Shown one piece after another: positions 47,763 through 57,667 of a DNA stretch of 64,000 nucleotides (position 1 is the stretch's first letter; each line of letters begins with the position of its first letter). Source of the stretch: an uncultured Chloroflexia bacterium (lineage in GTDB: Bacteria > Chloroflexota > Limnocylindria > Limnocylindrales > CSP1-4); NCBI GenBank assembly GCA_963712745.1, contig CAVQJC010000011.1, positions 320,001 to 384,000 on the forward strand. The letters are read 5' to 3'. The translations under genes were made by a program, and so were the position numbers. The notes beneath the pieces were generated by a model. That model did not search any database. It was given only the letters and a program-made list of their open reading frames with translations, and had not been told where the DNA came from.

Positions 47763-49121
47763 ATGCCCATGACGGCCCTCGATATCTACAAGGTCCTTCC
47801 GCAGACCAACTGCGGCGATTGCGGTGTGCCGACCTGCCTTGCCTTCGCCATGCAGCTGGCCACGAAGAAGGCAGGTATCGATGACTGCCCCCATGCGACC
47901 GACGAGGCCAAGGCAGCACTGGCCGGTGCCGAGGCCCCGCCCATCCGCTTGGTCAGCGTGGGTCCTGAAGCGCAGTGCATCGTCATGGGCAAGGAGACGG
48001 TGTTCTTCCGCCACGAGGAGACCTTCTACCACCCCACGGCGCTGGCCGTCCGCGTCCGCTCCGACAAGCCCGAGGATGAGCTGCGAACCGCCCTCGAGCG
48101 GGTCAAGGCCCTGGTCTTCGACCGCGTCGGCCAGTACGTCCGCGTGGAACTGGTGGCCATCGAAGACGCCGACGGCAACGCCGACCGCTTCGCCGCCGCC
48201 GCGGCCATGGCCAGCGAGATGGAGCTGGGCCTGGTGCTCGTCAGCCCCTCGCCGGCCGTCATCGAGGCGGCCCTCCCCGGGCTCGCCGGACAGCGGCCCT
48301 TGCTGGACGCGGCCACGACCGAGTCCTGGGAGGCCATGACGGCGCTGGCCAAGGCCCACGGCTGCCCCTTGGTCGTCCGTGGACAGGACATGGACGATCT
48401 GGCCGAGTTGACCGCGAAGGTCGCCGGCCTGGGCGTGACCGACCTGGTCATCGACAGCGGCGCCCGTGGCCTGGCGCCCACCCTGCGCGATCTCACCCAG
48501 ATCCGGCGCCTGGCCCTTCGTCGCCGGTTCAAGCCGATGGGCTATCCGGCTCTGGCGGTCGTGACCGCCGAGGATGCCATCGACCAGGTCACCCAGGCAG
48601 CCGCCTACATCAGCAAGTACGCGGCGCTGGTCTACGTCGATGAGCTGGAGCCGTGGCAGGCGCTGGCCATGGTCACGGTCCGCCAGAACATCTACACCGA
48701 TCCGCAGAAGCCCATCCAGGTCGAGCCTGGTCTGACCACCATCGGCACGCCCGACGCGTCGTCACCCGTGCTGGTCACCACCAACTTCTCGCTCACCTAC
48801 TTCACCGTCGAGGCCGATGTCGAGAGCAGTCACGTCCCCGCCTGGGTCGTGGTCGTCGACACCGAGGGCCAATCGGTGATGACGGCCTGGGCAGCCGACA
48901 GGTTCAGTGCTGAGACCATCGCCAAGGCCCTGGAAACCTCGGCCGTGGCCGAGAAGGTCGACCACAAGCGCTGCATCATTCCCGGCGGCGTGGCCGCGAT
49001 CAGCGGCAAGCTCGAGGAAGCCAGCGGCTGGGAGGTCACGGTCGGACCGCGCGAATCGGCTGGTATCCCGGCGTTCATGCGCACGAAGTGGCGCCAGCCG
49101 GAGCCGGTCGTCAGCAGCTGA
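47763..49121 (+). CDS. acsC: Corrinoid Fe-S protein large (gamma) subunit
   Basis: LPQTNCGDCGVPTCLAFA, FRHEETF, IYTDPQKP and TTNFSLTYF. Confidence 0.97.
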   Translation: MPMTALDIYKVLPQTNCGDCGVPTCLAFAMQLATKKAGIDDCPHATDEAKAALAGAEAPPIRLVSVGPEAQCIVMGKETVFFRHEETFYHPTALAVRVRSDKPEDELRTALERVKALVFDRVGQYVRVELVAIEDADGNADRFAAAAAMASEMELGLVLVSPSPAVIEAALPGLAGQRPLLDAATTESWEAMTALAKAHGCPLVVRGQDMDDLAELTAKVAGLGVTDLVIDSGARGLAPTLRDLTQIRRLALRRRFKPMGYPALAVVTAEDAIDQVTQAAAYISKYAALVYVDELEPWQALAMVTVRQNIYTDPQKPIQVEPGLTTIGTPDASSPVLVTTNFSLTYFTVEADVESSHVPAWVVVVDTEGQSVMTAWAADRFSAETIAKALETSAVAEKVDHKRCIIPGGVAAISGKLEEASGWEVTVGPRESAGIPAFMRTKWRQPEPVVSS

Positions 49122-51052
49122 GCGACCAGCTGTGGCCACGCGCGCATGTCACCTTCCTGCCCGATGCGGAGACAGCGGATGTAGAGCCAGGCACGACGCT
49201 CTTGGATGCGGCCGTCGCCTCCGGCCTGCCCCTGGACGGGGAATGCGGCGGACAGGGCATCTGTCACCGCTGCGCGGTGACCGTGTTGGGTGGCCATGTC
49301 GAGGCCTTGGAGGGCGGTCCCCCGAGCATCGTCAACGACCGTGTCCTGGCGTGCCGCACGGTCGTCCGTGGGGACGTCACAGTGGACGTGCCGCCGACCT
49401 CGCGCATCGAAGGACTGGAGATCCTCACTGGTGCCGATCGAGCCGCCGGGATCCTGGCTGCGTCCGGCGAACTGCCCGAAGTCCCCGCACTCGACTTCGA
49501 GGACTACCCGCTCGACCCGCTCGCGGTGGCCCTGCCGATGACCCTGCCGCGACCGACCATCGACGATGCGTCGAGTGACCTGGGGCTGCTCCGCCGCGAG
49601 CTGCGCCGCGATCACGGCATCGGCGAGCTGGCCGTCCCGCTGTCGGTGCTGCGCAGGCTGCCACATCGGATCCGGGCCTCGGGCCGGCTGGTCACGGCGG
49701 TCCTGGCGCGTTGCGACGGGAACCACGAGCTCTTGGACCTGATGGTCGGGCGCGAGGGCCATCCCATCTTCGGCCTGGCCGTGGATATCGGCACGACCAC
49801 GGTCGTGGTCCACCTCGTCGATCTGGCCTCGGGCAAGAGCGTCGGTGTCGCCGCGGCCCTCAACAGCCAGGTGGCCCACGGCGAGGACGTCATCACGCGC
49901 ATCATCCACGCTGGCGAGCCCGGAGGCCTTGACCAGCTCCGCTCCGGCATCGTCGACGAGATCAACGTGCTCGTGGGCAGCCTGGCCCTGGCGCACCACG
50001 TGAACCGCCACGAGATCGTCGCTGCGGTCGTGGCTGGAAACACCACGATGATCCACCTCTTCCTGGGCCTGCCGCCGGCCGAGATCCGACGTGAGCCCTA
50101 CGTCCCGGTGGCCACGGCGCCGCTCATCTACCACGCCGGCGACATCGGCCTGCGCATCCATGCTCGCGCCGTGGTCGCCTGCATGCCCGGCAGCGGCAGC
50201 TACGTGGGCGGCGACATCAGCGCGGACGTGCTCGCCTCCGGCATGGACCGGCGGCCGGAGCTGGCCATGCTCATCGACGCGGGCACCAACGGCGAGACGG
50301 TCATCGGAAACCGCGACTTCCTCGTCTGTTGTGCCTGTTCGGCCGGACCTGCCTTCGAGGGTGGCGGGACGTCATGCGGCATGCGCGCGGCACAGGGTGC
50401 CATCTCCCACTTCGAGCTGGCCCCCGGCGGGAGCCTCGCCTACCAGACCATCGGCGGGGTGCCGCCGCGCGGCATCTGCGGCTCGGGCCTCGTCGAGCTG
50501 CTGGCCGAGCTGCTCCGCGCTGGTGTGCTCGATCGCTCGGGTCGTCTGCGAGCCGGTGCTCACGCCGTCCGCGACGGCGAGGCCGGGTTGGAGGCGCTCG
50601 TGGCCCCGGGGCCCGACACGGCGACAGGAGAGGACATCGTCCTGTCCGAGACCGACCTCGAGACTCTCCTGCGCTCCAAGGCGGCGGTATACGCGGGAGC
50701 CTCGGTCCTGGTCCGCCGGCTGGGTATCGATATGGCTGAGATCGAGCGCATCTACGTGGCCGGTGGTTTCGGCACCTCGCTCGACGTCGAGAAGGCCATG
50801 CTCATCGGACTGCTACCCGACGTGCCTGTCGAGCGCGTGACCTTCATCGGCAACGGATCGGTGACCGGGGCGCGCATGGCACTCCTCTCCCGCGAGGCCT
50901 GGCGGCGGGCGGCCGACGTGGCCGAGATGATGACGTATCGCGATCTCTCCGCCGACGGCTCCTTCATGGACGAGTACGTGGGGGCGCTGTTCCTGCCACA
51001 CACCGACAGCGACCGGTTCCCGCGAGCGCACGCCGCGCTCGGGATCGGATGA
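49088..51052 (+). CDS. acsV: Reductive activator of corrinoid proteins (RACo, 2Fe-2S + ASKHA ATPase)
   Basis: CGGQGIC.RC..C, DIGTTT, GEDVITRI, D.GTNGE, SAGPAFEG and GICGSG. The start is uncertain (49088 to about 49150). Confidence 0.93.
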   Translation: MAPAGAGRQQLSDQLWPRAHVTFLPDAETADVEPGTTLLDAAVASGLPLDGECGGQGICHRCAVTVLGGHVEALEGGPPSIVNDRVLACRTVVRGDVTVDVPPTSRIEGLEILTGADRAAGILAASGELPEVPALDFEDYPLDPLAVALPMTLPRPTIDDASSDLGLLRRELRRDHGIGELAVPLSVLRRLPHRIRASGRLVTAVLARCDGNHELLDLMVGREGHPIFGLAVDIGTTTVVVHLVDLASGKSVGVAAALNSQVAHGEDVITRIIHAGEPGGLDQLRSGIVDEINVLVGSLALAHHVNRHEIVAAVVAGNTTMIHLFLGLPPAEIRREPYVPVATAPLIYHAGDIGLRIHARAVVACMPGSGSYVGGDISADVLASGMDRRPELAMLIDAGTNGETVIGNRDFLVCCACSAGPAFEGGGTSCGMRAAQGAISHFELAPGGSLAYQTIGGVPPRGICGSGLVELLAELLRAGVLDRSGRLRAGAHAVRDGEAGLEALVAPGPDTATGEDIVLSETDLETLLRSKAAVYAGASVLVRRLGIDMAEIERIYVAGGFGTSLDVEKAMLIGLLPDVPVERVTFIGNGSVTGARMALLSREAWRRAADVAEMMTYRDLSADGSFMDEYVGALFLPHTDSDRFPRAHAALGIG

Positions 51053-51062
51053 GGAGGATGGG

Positions 51063-51824
51063 ATGGCCCGAGTGATCGCACTGGCAGGCAAGGGAGGCAC
51101 CGGCAAGACGACCATCGCCGGGCTCATCGTGCGGGCACTGCGCCGGAACGGTCACGGTCCGGTCCTGGCTGTCGACGCCGATCCCAACAGCTGCCTCGAC
51201 GTGGCCATCGGCCTCACCGCGGACAAGACCGTGTCGGACGTGCTCGACCAGACGCGCGGCTTGCGGGACGTGCCCGGGAACATGCCCAAGCCGACGTACG
51301 TCGAGTACCAGCTCGAGCACTGCCTGGCGGAGGGTCGTGGCGTGGACCTCATCGTCATGGGCCGCCCCGAGGGAGCCGAGTGCTACTGCTCGGCCAACCA
51401 GATGCTGCGCACGTTCCTGGACCGCATGATCGACAGCTACCCCACCGTGGTCGTGGACAACGAGGCAGGCATGGAGCACCTCAGCCGGCGGACGACCCGG
51501 GACGTCGACCTGCTGTTGGTCGTCAGTGACGCCACGCTGGCCGGTGCCCGGGCCTCGCGTCGCATCGCCGATCTGGTGGGCGAGCTCGAGCTGCCCGTCA
51601 AACGCATCGCCGTCGTCGTCGACGGAGCTGAGGAGCTGGCCGATCCCGTGGCCGAGATCCTGACCGACGACGGCCTGCGACTGGCCGGCTTCGTGCCCCA
51701 CGACCCGCTCATCGTCGAGAGGGAGCTGGCCGCCGCGTCGCTTCTCGAGCTACCTGATGACGCGCCGGCGGTCCAGGCCGTCGAGGAGATGCTGGTCCGA
51801 GAGCTGACAGACGAGCCGTCATGA
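51063..51824 (+). CDS. acsF: Second CooC-type maturation ATPase (AcsF/CooC2)
   Basis: GKGGTGKTT, DADPN, GRPEG..CYC and DNEAGMEHLSR. Confidence 0.9.
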   Translation: MARVIALAGKGGTGKTTIAGLIVRALRRNGHGPVLAVDADPNSCLDVAIGLTADKTVSDVLDQTRGLRDVPGNMPKPTYVEYQLEHCLAEGRGVDLIVMGRPEGAECYCSANQMLRTFLDRMIDSYPTVVVDNEAGMEHLSRRTTRDVDLLLVVSDATLAGARASRRIADLVGELELPVKRIAVVVDGAEELADPVAEILTDDGLRLAGFVPHDPLIVERELAAASLLELPDDAPAVQAVEEMLVRELTDEPS

Positions 51825-52432
51825 CGACCTACGGCCCCGCGATCGAGCGGCTCGTCGATGAGCTGGGCCGGCACGACCACGACGAGCTGGTGGAGCGGAG
51901 CGGTGCCGGTTCGCCGGCTCCGGATCGCATCGCCGTTCGCTGCCTGGGCCAGGACTACCTGATCACCTACCCCGAGGGTGAGGTATCGACCGCCTCCGGT
52001 GAGCCGGTAGACGAGCATCTTGCCATCCTCCTCCTGCTCTATCTCACCGAGGCCGGCGGCCGTCTGCTTGAGGGTCGCTGGATCGCTTTCGAGCAGATAT
52101 CGGGAGGTGCCGGCTACGTCGGCTCGTTCCGTGGTCGCGTCATGGGTCCGCTCCTGCGTACCTTCGGCCAGCGGCCCGAGGCGCTCCGGCAGGCCGCGGC
52201 AGGGCTGGACGGCTCGTCACTGGACATGGGTGACGCCGCCGTGGCCCTCGCGGCGCTCCCCCGGGTGCCCATCGCCTTCGTCCTCTGGCGCGGCGACGAC
52301 GAATTCGCACCGAGCGCATCGGTGGTCTTTGACGCCTCGGTGGAAGGCTACCTCGATGCCGAGGCCGTGACCGTCCTCGCCGAGCTGGCTACCCGTCGCA
52401 TGATCGAGGCCGCAGGGAGCGGCACCAGTTAG
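51821..52432 (+). CDS. DUF3786-family protein
   Basis: ILLLLYL..A, W..F....GG..Y..F, LPRVP....W.GDDEF motifs; a family often found in acs clusters. Confidence 0.8.
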   Translation: MTTYGPAIERLVDELGRHDHDELVERSGAGSPAPDRIAVRCLGQDYLITYPEGEVSTASGEPVDEHLAILLLLYLTEAGGRLLEGRWIAFEQISGGAGYVGSFRGRVMGPLLRTFGQRPEALRQAAAGLDGSSLDMGDAAVALAALPRVPIAFVLWRGDDEFAPSASVVFDASVEGYLDAEAVTVLAELATRRMIEAAGSGTS

Positions 52433-52443
52433 GGAGGACTCGC

Positions 52444-53415
52444 ATGACCGTCGAGCTGATGCACGAGACCTGGCCAGGTGTGATCGGCACCGTCACCATC
52501 GGCGCCACGCCCGACGATGGCGGTACCCGCGGATCCACCGTCACGGTGGGCGGGCATGCCGCGCTGCCCTTCCGAGACGAGGATGCCCCCAGTCTCCATC
52601 CACCCGTGGTCGCACTCCAGGTCTTCGATAGAGAACCGGACTGGCCGGATCATCTGAAGGGACCACTGGCCGACGTGCTCGGCTCGCCGGCCGATTGGGC
52701 GCGTATGGGCGTGGAGACGCTGGGCGTCGACCTTGTCTTCCTGCGGCTCATGTCGGTCCATCCCGAATGGGGCGCCGGGTCCGTCGACGACGCGGTCAGC
52801 ACGGTGCGCTCGGTGCTGGAAGCCGTCGACGTACCCCTCATCATCGCGGGCTGTGGCGACGCCGATGCGGACAACGACCTCTGGCCGCGTGTCACCGAGG
52901 CGACCCGGGGCGAGAACTGCCTGGTGGGTGTGGGAGATCCCGACAACTACAAGACGCTGGTGGTCGCCTGCATGGCCGACGGGCACAGCGTCCTCGCCTA
53001 CGCGCCGATCGACGTCAACATCCAGAAGCAACTGACGATCTTGATGACCGAGATGGGACTGCCAGCGGAGCGCATCGTCATGTTTCCCGGCGACGCCTCG
53101 CTCGGCTACGGCATCGAGTACGAGTACTCGATCATGGAGCGTATCCGCCTCGCTGCGCTGCAGGGCGACGCGATGCTGTCACGGCCGGTCATCGCCGTGG
53201 TCGGTGAACAGGCCTGGAAGGCCAAGGAGGCTCGCCTCGCCGAGGACGAAATGCCCGAGTGGGGCGACGCTTCGAAGCGCGGCCCTGCGTGGGAGGCGGC
53301 CACGGCCGCCCTGTACCTGCAGTCGGGGGCGGACATCGTGGCCCTGCTCCACCCGGACGCGGTCAGGAGCACCCAGCGAACCATCGCCGAGCTGGTCGGG
53401 ACACCGGCCGAATAG
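52444..53415 (+). CDS. acsD: Corrinoid Fe-S protein small (delta) subunit
   Basis: VTVGG..ALPF, PIDVN..KQL, LGYGIEY.YS.MERIRLAAL.GD and W.AKEA motifs. Confidence 0.96.
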   Translation: MTVELMHETWPGVIGTVTIGATPDDGGTRGSTVTVGGHAALPFRDEDAPSLHPPVVALQVFDREPDWPDHLKGPLADVLGSPADWARMGVETLGVDLVFLRLMSVHPEWGAGSVDDAVSTVRSVLEAVDVPLIIAGCGDADADNDLWPRVTEATRGENCLVGVGDPDNYKTLVVACMADGHSVLAYAPIDVNIQKQLTILMTEMGLPAERIVMFPGDASLGYGIEYEYSIMERIRLAALQGDAMLSRPVIAVVGEQAWKAKEARLAEDEMPEWGDASKRGPAWEAATAALYLQSGADIVALLHPDAVRSTQRTIAELVGTPAE

Positions 53416-53426
53416 GGGGGAATGCC

Positions 53427-54239
53427 ATGTTCATCATCGGAGAACGCATCAACGGCATGTTCAAGGTGGTGGCCAAGGCCATCGCCGAGCATGACGCCGA
53501 GACGATCGCGGACCTGGCCCGGCGACAGGTGGCGGCCGGCGCGCGGGCGCTTGACATCAACACCGGCCCCACCGAGGGCGATCCGGTCGAGGTCATGCGC
53601 TGGCTGGTCGAGACCGTCGAGGACGCCGTGGAGGTTCCCGTGGCCATCGACACGCCCAAGCAGGCCGTGCTGGAGTCGGGCCTGAAGGCCGCCCGCCGGC
53701 CGCCCATCATCAACTCCACGACCGGGGCCAAGGAGCGGCTCGACGCCCAGTTGCCCCTGGCCGTGGAGTACAACGCCGGCCTCATCGGCTTGAGCATCGA
53801 CGAGCGGGGTATCCCGCGCAACGCGGAGGCACGGGCGGAGATCGCCCTGACCATCGTCGCTCGCGCTATGGAGGCCGGCCTGCCGACCGACCGGCTCTAC
53901 CTCGATCCCATCGTGCTGCCCGTCAGCGCAGCACAGGATCAGTGCGCTGCCGCGCTCACGGCCATCGGGACCTTCCGCCAGCTGAGCGATCCGCCCCCCA
54001 ACATCGTCATCGGCCTGAGCAACGTCTCGCAGGGAGCGGTGGACCGCAGCCTGGTCAACCGCACCTACCTGGTGATGGCCATGGCCATGGGCGTCAACGC
54101 GGCCATCCTCGACCCCTTCGATCGTGAGCTCATGGCTGCCCAGCGGACAGCCGGCCTCCTGCTCAATCAGGAGATCTACGCGGAGAACTACCTCGAGACG
54201 ACGAGCCCCGCGCTCGCCACCGCCAGCCGTGCTGGCTGA
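53427..54239 (+). CDS. acsE: Methyl-THF:corrinoid Fe-S protein methyltransferase
   Basis: MFIIGERINGMF, LDIN.GP, IINST and GLSNVSQ; ATG at 53427. Confidence 0.95.
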   Translation: MFIIGERINGMFKVVAKAIAEHDAETIADLARRQVAAGARALDINTGPTEGDPVEVMRWLVETVEDAVEVPVAIDTPKQAVLESGLKAARRPPIINSTTGAKERLDAQLPLAVEYNAGLIGLSIDERGIPRNAEARAEIALTIVARAMEAGLPTDRLYLDPIVLPVSAAQDQCAAALTAIGTFRQLSDPPPNIVIGLSNVSQGAVDRSLVNRTYLVMAMAMGVNAAILDPFDRELMAAQRTAGLLLNQEIYAENYLETTSPALATASRAG

Positions 54240-54314
54240 GCGCGTACGTGCTGGAAGCCGTGCCCGGGTGGGGCAGTGCCGGCGACCTTCGCCGCAGGCG
54301 TGTGAGGTGAGGAG

Positions 54315-55943
54315 ATGACGATGGCTACGATCACTGCCCGACCGTCACTGCGGGAACGGATGGCGGACCCCGATACCTTCCTGACCATCGTCGAGCTGGT
54401 GCCCTGGCGAGGCGTGCTCGACGACGACCTTGGCCGTCGTGCGCGCACTGCAGCCGAGTCGCTGGCCGGTGACCCCGCCATCGACGCCATCAGCGTCACC
54501 GACAACGCCGGTGGCCATGCCATGGCCAGCCCGGACGTGCTCGGTCACGAGATCGCGGCACGCGGCAGTGAGGCCATCGTGCATGTCGCCTGCCGCGACC
54601 GCAACCGCAACGAGCTTCTGAGCATCGGCTGGCGGTTGGCTTCCGAGGGTCTGAACAACCTGCTCGTGCTCTCGGGCGACTACCCCACCGAGGGCTACCA
54701 CGGCCTGGCTCAGCCGGTCTTCGACATCGACTCGGTGGTGCTCCTGCAGATGTACTCCGAGGTGGCGCGGGGTCAGTCTCCCATCGAAGACGTCCGCGGC
54801 CAGGGCGGAGGCGCGAGCGATATCGGGTGCCGCCCATTGCCGCTCTTCCTGGGCGCCGTCGTCAGCCCCTTCAAGCGCTTCGAACGAGAACTGGTTCCGC
54901 AGTATCAGAAACTCGAGCTGAAGATCCGTTCGGGCGCGGAGTTCATCATCGGCCAGGTCGGCTACGACGCGCGGCGGCAGGCCGAGCTGCTTCAGTGGAT
55001 GACACTGCGCGGCTTGGAACGGCCGGTCCTGTCCAACATCTACCTGCTCACTCGGACGGTGGCGCGTATCTTCCACGCCGGCAAGGTCCCCGGCGTGTCA
55101 CTGACCGATGAGCTCCTCGAGCTCTGTGAGAAGCAGGGCAGCAGCCCGGACAAGGGCAAGTCCTTCTTCCGGGAGTTCGCGGCCAAGCAGGTGGCGATCG
55201 CACGTGGGCTGGGGTGTGCGGGCGCCTACCTGGGCGGCATCACCCGAGCCGAGGACGTGGGTGCCATCCGTGAGCTTGCTGATAGCTTCGGGCCCGAAGA
55301 CTGGCACGCCTTCGCCCGTGAGATCCAGTTCTCGCCAGCCGACCAGTTCGAGCTCCTGGAGACCGATCCCCGGACCGGCTTGCCAACGGACAGGCTGGAC
55401 CCGGCATACGCCCGATCACTCGAGCTGACGGCGCGTCGAGCCGCACGGCGCCACGTGCCCTGGACGTACAAGGTCAACCGCCTCGCTCACGACGCGGTCT
55501 TCGATCCCGAGGCCGTGCTATACCCTGCGGCCGGTCGCTTCTATTCGGCCGCCGAGCGCTGGCGCCTGGGCTGGCCGCTCCACGTCTTCGAGCAGGCCGT
55601 GAAGATCCCGCTGTACGACTGTCGCGACTGCGGCGACTGCTCGTTGCCGGACGTGGCGTATCTCTGCCCCGAGTCGCACTGCTCCAAGAACCAGCGCAAC
55701 GGGCCCTGTGGCGGCTCGCATGATGGCGAATGCGAGGTCGCCGGGAAGTCATGCGTGTGGGCGCAAGCCTACGATCGTCTCAAGCCATACGGAGAGGAGG
55801 ACGCCATCCTCCACCGTCCGATCGTCGTGGCCGACAACGCGCTGCGCCGGACGAGCGCGTGGGCCAATACATTCCTCGGCCGTGACCATGCGGCCGAGGA
55901 CGGCGTTGCGGCGTCCCAGCCAATGCGGGCAGCTGCTCGCTAG
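54315..55943 (+). CDS. metF: Methylene-THF reductase, MetF fused to a C-terminal MetV-like Cys-rich domain (copy 1)
   Basis: TDNAGG, HVACRDRN, LSGDY and KIRSGA; C-terminal C..CGDC...CP..C.K..RNGPCGG...CE...C.W. Confidence 0.9.
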   Translation: MTMATITARPSLRERMADPDTFLTIVELVPWRGVLDDDLGRRARTAAESLAGDPAIDAISVTDNAGGHAMASPDVLGHEIAARGSEAIVHVACRDRNRNELLSIGWRLASEGLNNLLVLSGDYPTEGYHGLAQPVFDIDSVVLLQMYSEVARGQSPIEDVRGQGGGASDIGCRPLPLFLGAVVSPFKRFERELVPQYQKLELKIRSGAEFIIGQVGYDARRQAELLQWMTLRGLERPVLSNIYLLTRTVARIFHAGKVPGVSLTDELLELCEKQGSSPDKGKSFFREFAAKQVAIARGLGCAGAYLGGITRAEDVGAIRELADSFGPEDWHAFAREIQFSPADQFELLETDPRTGLPTDRLDPAYARSLELTARRAARRHVPWTYKVNRLAHDAVFDPEAVLYPAAGRFYSAAERWRLGWPLHVFEQAVKIPLYDCRDCGDCSLPDVAYLCPESHCSKNQRNGPCGGSHDGECEVAGKSCVWAQAYDRLKPYGEEDAILHRPIVVADNALRRTSAWANTFLGRDHAAEDGVAASQPMRAAAR

Positions 55944-57651
55944 AACAGGCCGACCGGGCGTCCCTGCTCGTCGATGTCGACGTTCTCACCGGCAGGACGG
56001 CTGGGCAGGCCCGGCATCGTGCGCATGTCGCCCGCGAGCGGGTAGATGAAGCCCGCGCCCGCGGCCAGCTTGACCTCGCGGATGGGCACCCGGAAGCCGG
56101 ACGGCCGGCCCAGCAGCGCCGGATCGTGCGACATCGAGAGGTGGGTCTTGGCCATGCACACCGGCAGGTGGCTGTAGCCCAGCCGGTCGTACTCGGCCAG
56201 GGCCTTGGCCGCGGCCGGCGCGAGGTCGATGCCGTCGGCCCCATAGACCTTCGTGGCGATGGTCTCGATCTTCTCGAGCAGCGGCATCGCGTCGGGGTAG
56301 AGCAGCCTGAACTCGGACGGCTCGGACGCCGCCTCCCACACCGCCGCGGCCAGCGCTTCTGACCCGGCCCCGCCGTCGGCCCAGTGGGTGGTCACGACCG
56401 CATCGCGGGCGCCGGCTGCCAGCGCCACCTCGCGGATGACCTCGAACTCCGAGGCGGCGTCACCCGGGAAGGCGTTGATGGCCACCACCACCGGCACGCC
56501 GTACTGGCGCACCAGCTCGATCTGGGCGGCGAGGTTCTGGCCACCCGCGCGCACCGCCTCGGGGTCCTCCGCCAGCAGCGCCGGGTCGAGCGGCTTGCCG
56601 GCCACGATGCGACCCACGCCACCGTGCATCTTCAGGGCCCGCACCGTGGCCACCACCACCGCGGCATCGGGCGCCATGCCCGAGGCGCGGCACTTGATGT
56701 CGAAGAACTTCTCTGCCCCCATGTCCGCGCCGAAGCCGGCCTCGGTGACGACGATGTCGCTGGTCGCCAGGGCGACCCGGTCGGCGAGGATGGAGCTGTT
56801 GCCATGGGCGATGTTGGCGAAGGGCCCGGCATGGACGAAGGCCGGCCCGCCCTCGAGGGTCTGCAGCAGGTTGGGCTTGATGGCATCGAGCAGGAGCACG
56901 GTCATGGCCCCGGCCACGCCCAGGTCCTCGGTCGTGACCGCTTTCCCCGACCGGTCGGTGGCGAGCACGATGCGACCCAGCCGCGCGCGCAGGTCGAAGA
57001 CGTCGGTGGCGAGGGCCAGGATGGCCATGACCTCGCTGGCCACGGTGATGACGAACTCGCTCTCGCGCGGCACCCCGTTGACCTTGCCGCCGAGGCCGAT
57101 GTTGACCTTGCGCAGGGCGCGGTCGCTGATGTCGACCACCCGCGGCCAGGTGATCGAATAGGGGTCGATGTCGAGCGGATCGCCATGGTGGAGGCTGTTG
57201 TCGAGGAAGGCGCTCGCGAGGTTGTGCGCGGCGCCGATGGCGTGCACGTCACCGGTGAGGTGGAGGTTGAAGTCCTCCATGGGGATGATCTGCGAATAGC
57301 CGCCGCCGGCGGCCCCGCCCTTGATGCCGAAGACCGGGCCCAGCGAGGGCTGGCGGATGGCGACCGCGGCCGTGTGGCCGATGCGGTTGAGACCCTGCAC
57401 CACACCGACGGTGGTGGTGGTCTTGCCCTCGCCCAGCGGGGTCGGCGTGATGGCGGTCATGACCACGTACCGGCCGCGCGGGTTCTCGCGCTCGACACGT
57501 CTGAGCCCCTCGAGCGTGACCTTGGCCTTGGTCGCGCCGTAGGGTTCGATCTCATCGGGCCGCAGCCCGAGCTCGGCAGCGATGTCGGTGATGGGCCGGG
57601 GGGTGACCGAGCGGGCGATGTCGAGGTCGGTCAGGGCGGTCATGGATGGTC
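55938..57651. repeat. About 1.71-kb direct repeat, copy 2
   Basis: See 26079..27792. Confidence 0.95.
55940..57643 (-). CDS. fhs: Formate-tetrahydrofolate ligase, copy 2 (identical protein to copy 1)
   Basis: Same motifs and sequence as 26081..27784; its stop shares a CTAG with the convergent metF stop. Confidence 0.98.
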   Translation of the reverse strand: MTALTDLDIARSVTPRPITDIAAELGLRPDEIEPYGATKAKVTLEGLRRVERENPRGRYVVMTAITPTPLGEGKTTTTVGVVQGLNRIGHTAAVAIRQPSLGPVFGIKGGAAGGGYSQIIPMEDFNLHLTGDVHAIGAAHNLASAFLDNSLHHGDPLDIDPYSITWPRVVDISDRALRKVNIGLGGKVNGVPRESEFVITVASEVMAILALATDVFDLRARLGRIVLATDRSGKAVTTEDLGVAGAMTVLLLDAIKPNLLQTLEGGPAFVHAGPFANIAHGNSSILADRVALATSDIVVTEAGFGADMGAEKFFDIKCRASGMAPDAAVVVATVRALKMHGGVGRIVAGKPLDPALLAEDPEAVRAGGQNLAAQIELVRQYGVPVVVAINAFPGDAASEFEVIREVALAAGARDAVVTTHWADGGAGSEALAAAVWEAASEPSEFRLLYPDAMPLLEKIETIATKVYGADGIDLAPAAAKALAEYDRLGYSHLPVCMAKTHLSMSHDPALLGRPSGFRVPIREVKLAAGAGFIYPLAGDMRTMPGLPSRPAGENVDIDEQGRPVGLF

Positions 57652-57667
57652 TCCCGGGTCGGTGTGG

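Noticed and set aside
26079-57651. Classical composite transposon or prophage
   Set aside because: The flanking repeats are a metabolic gene; no transposase, integrase, terminal inverted repeats or phage genes were seen.
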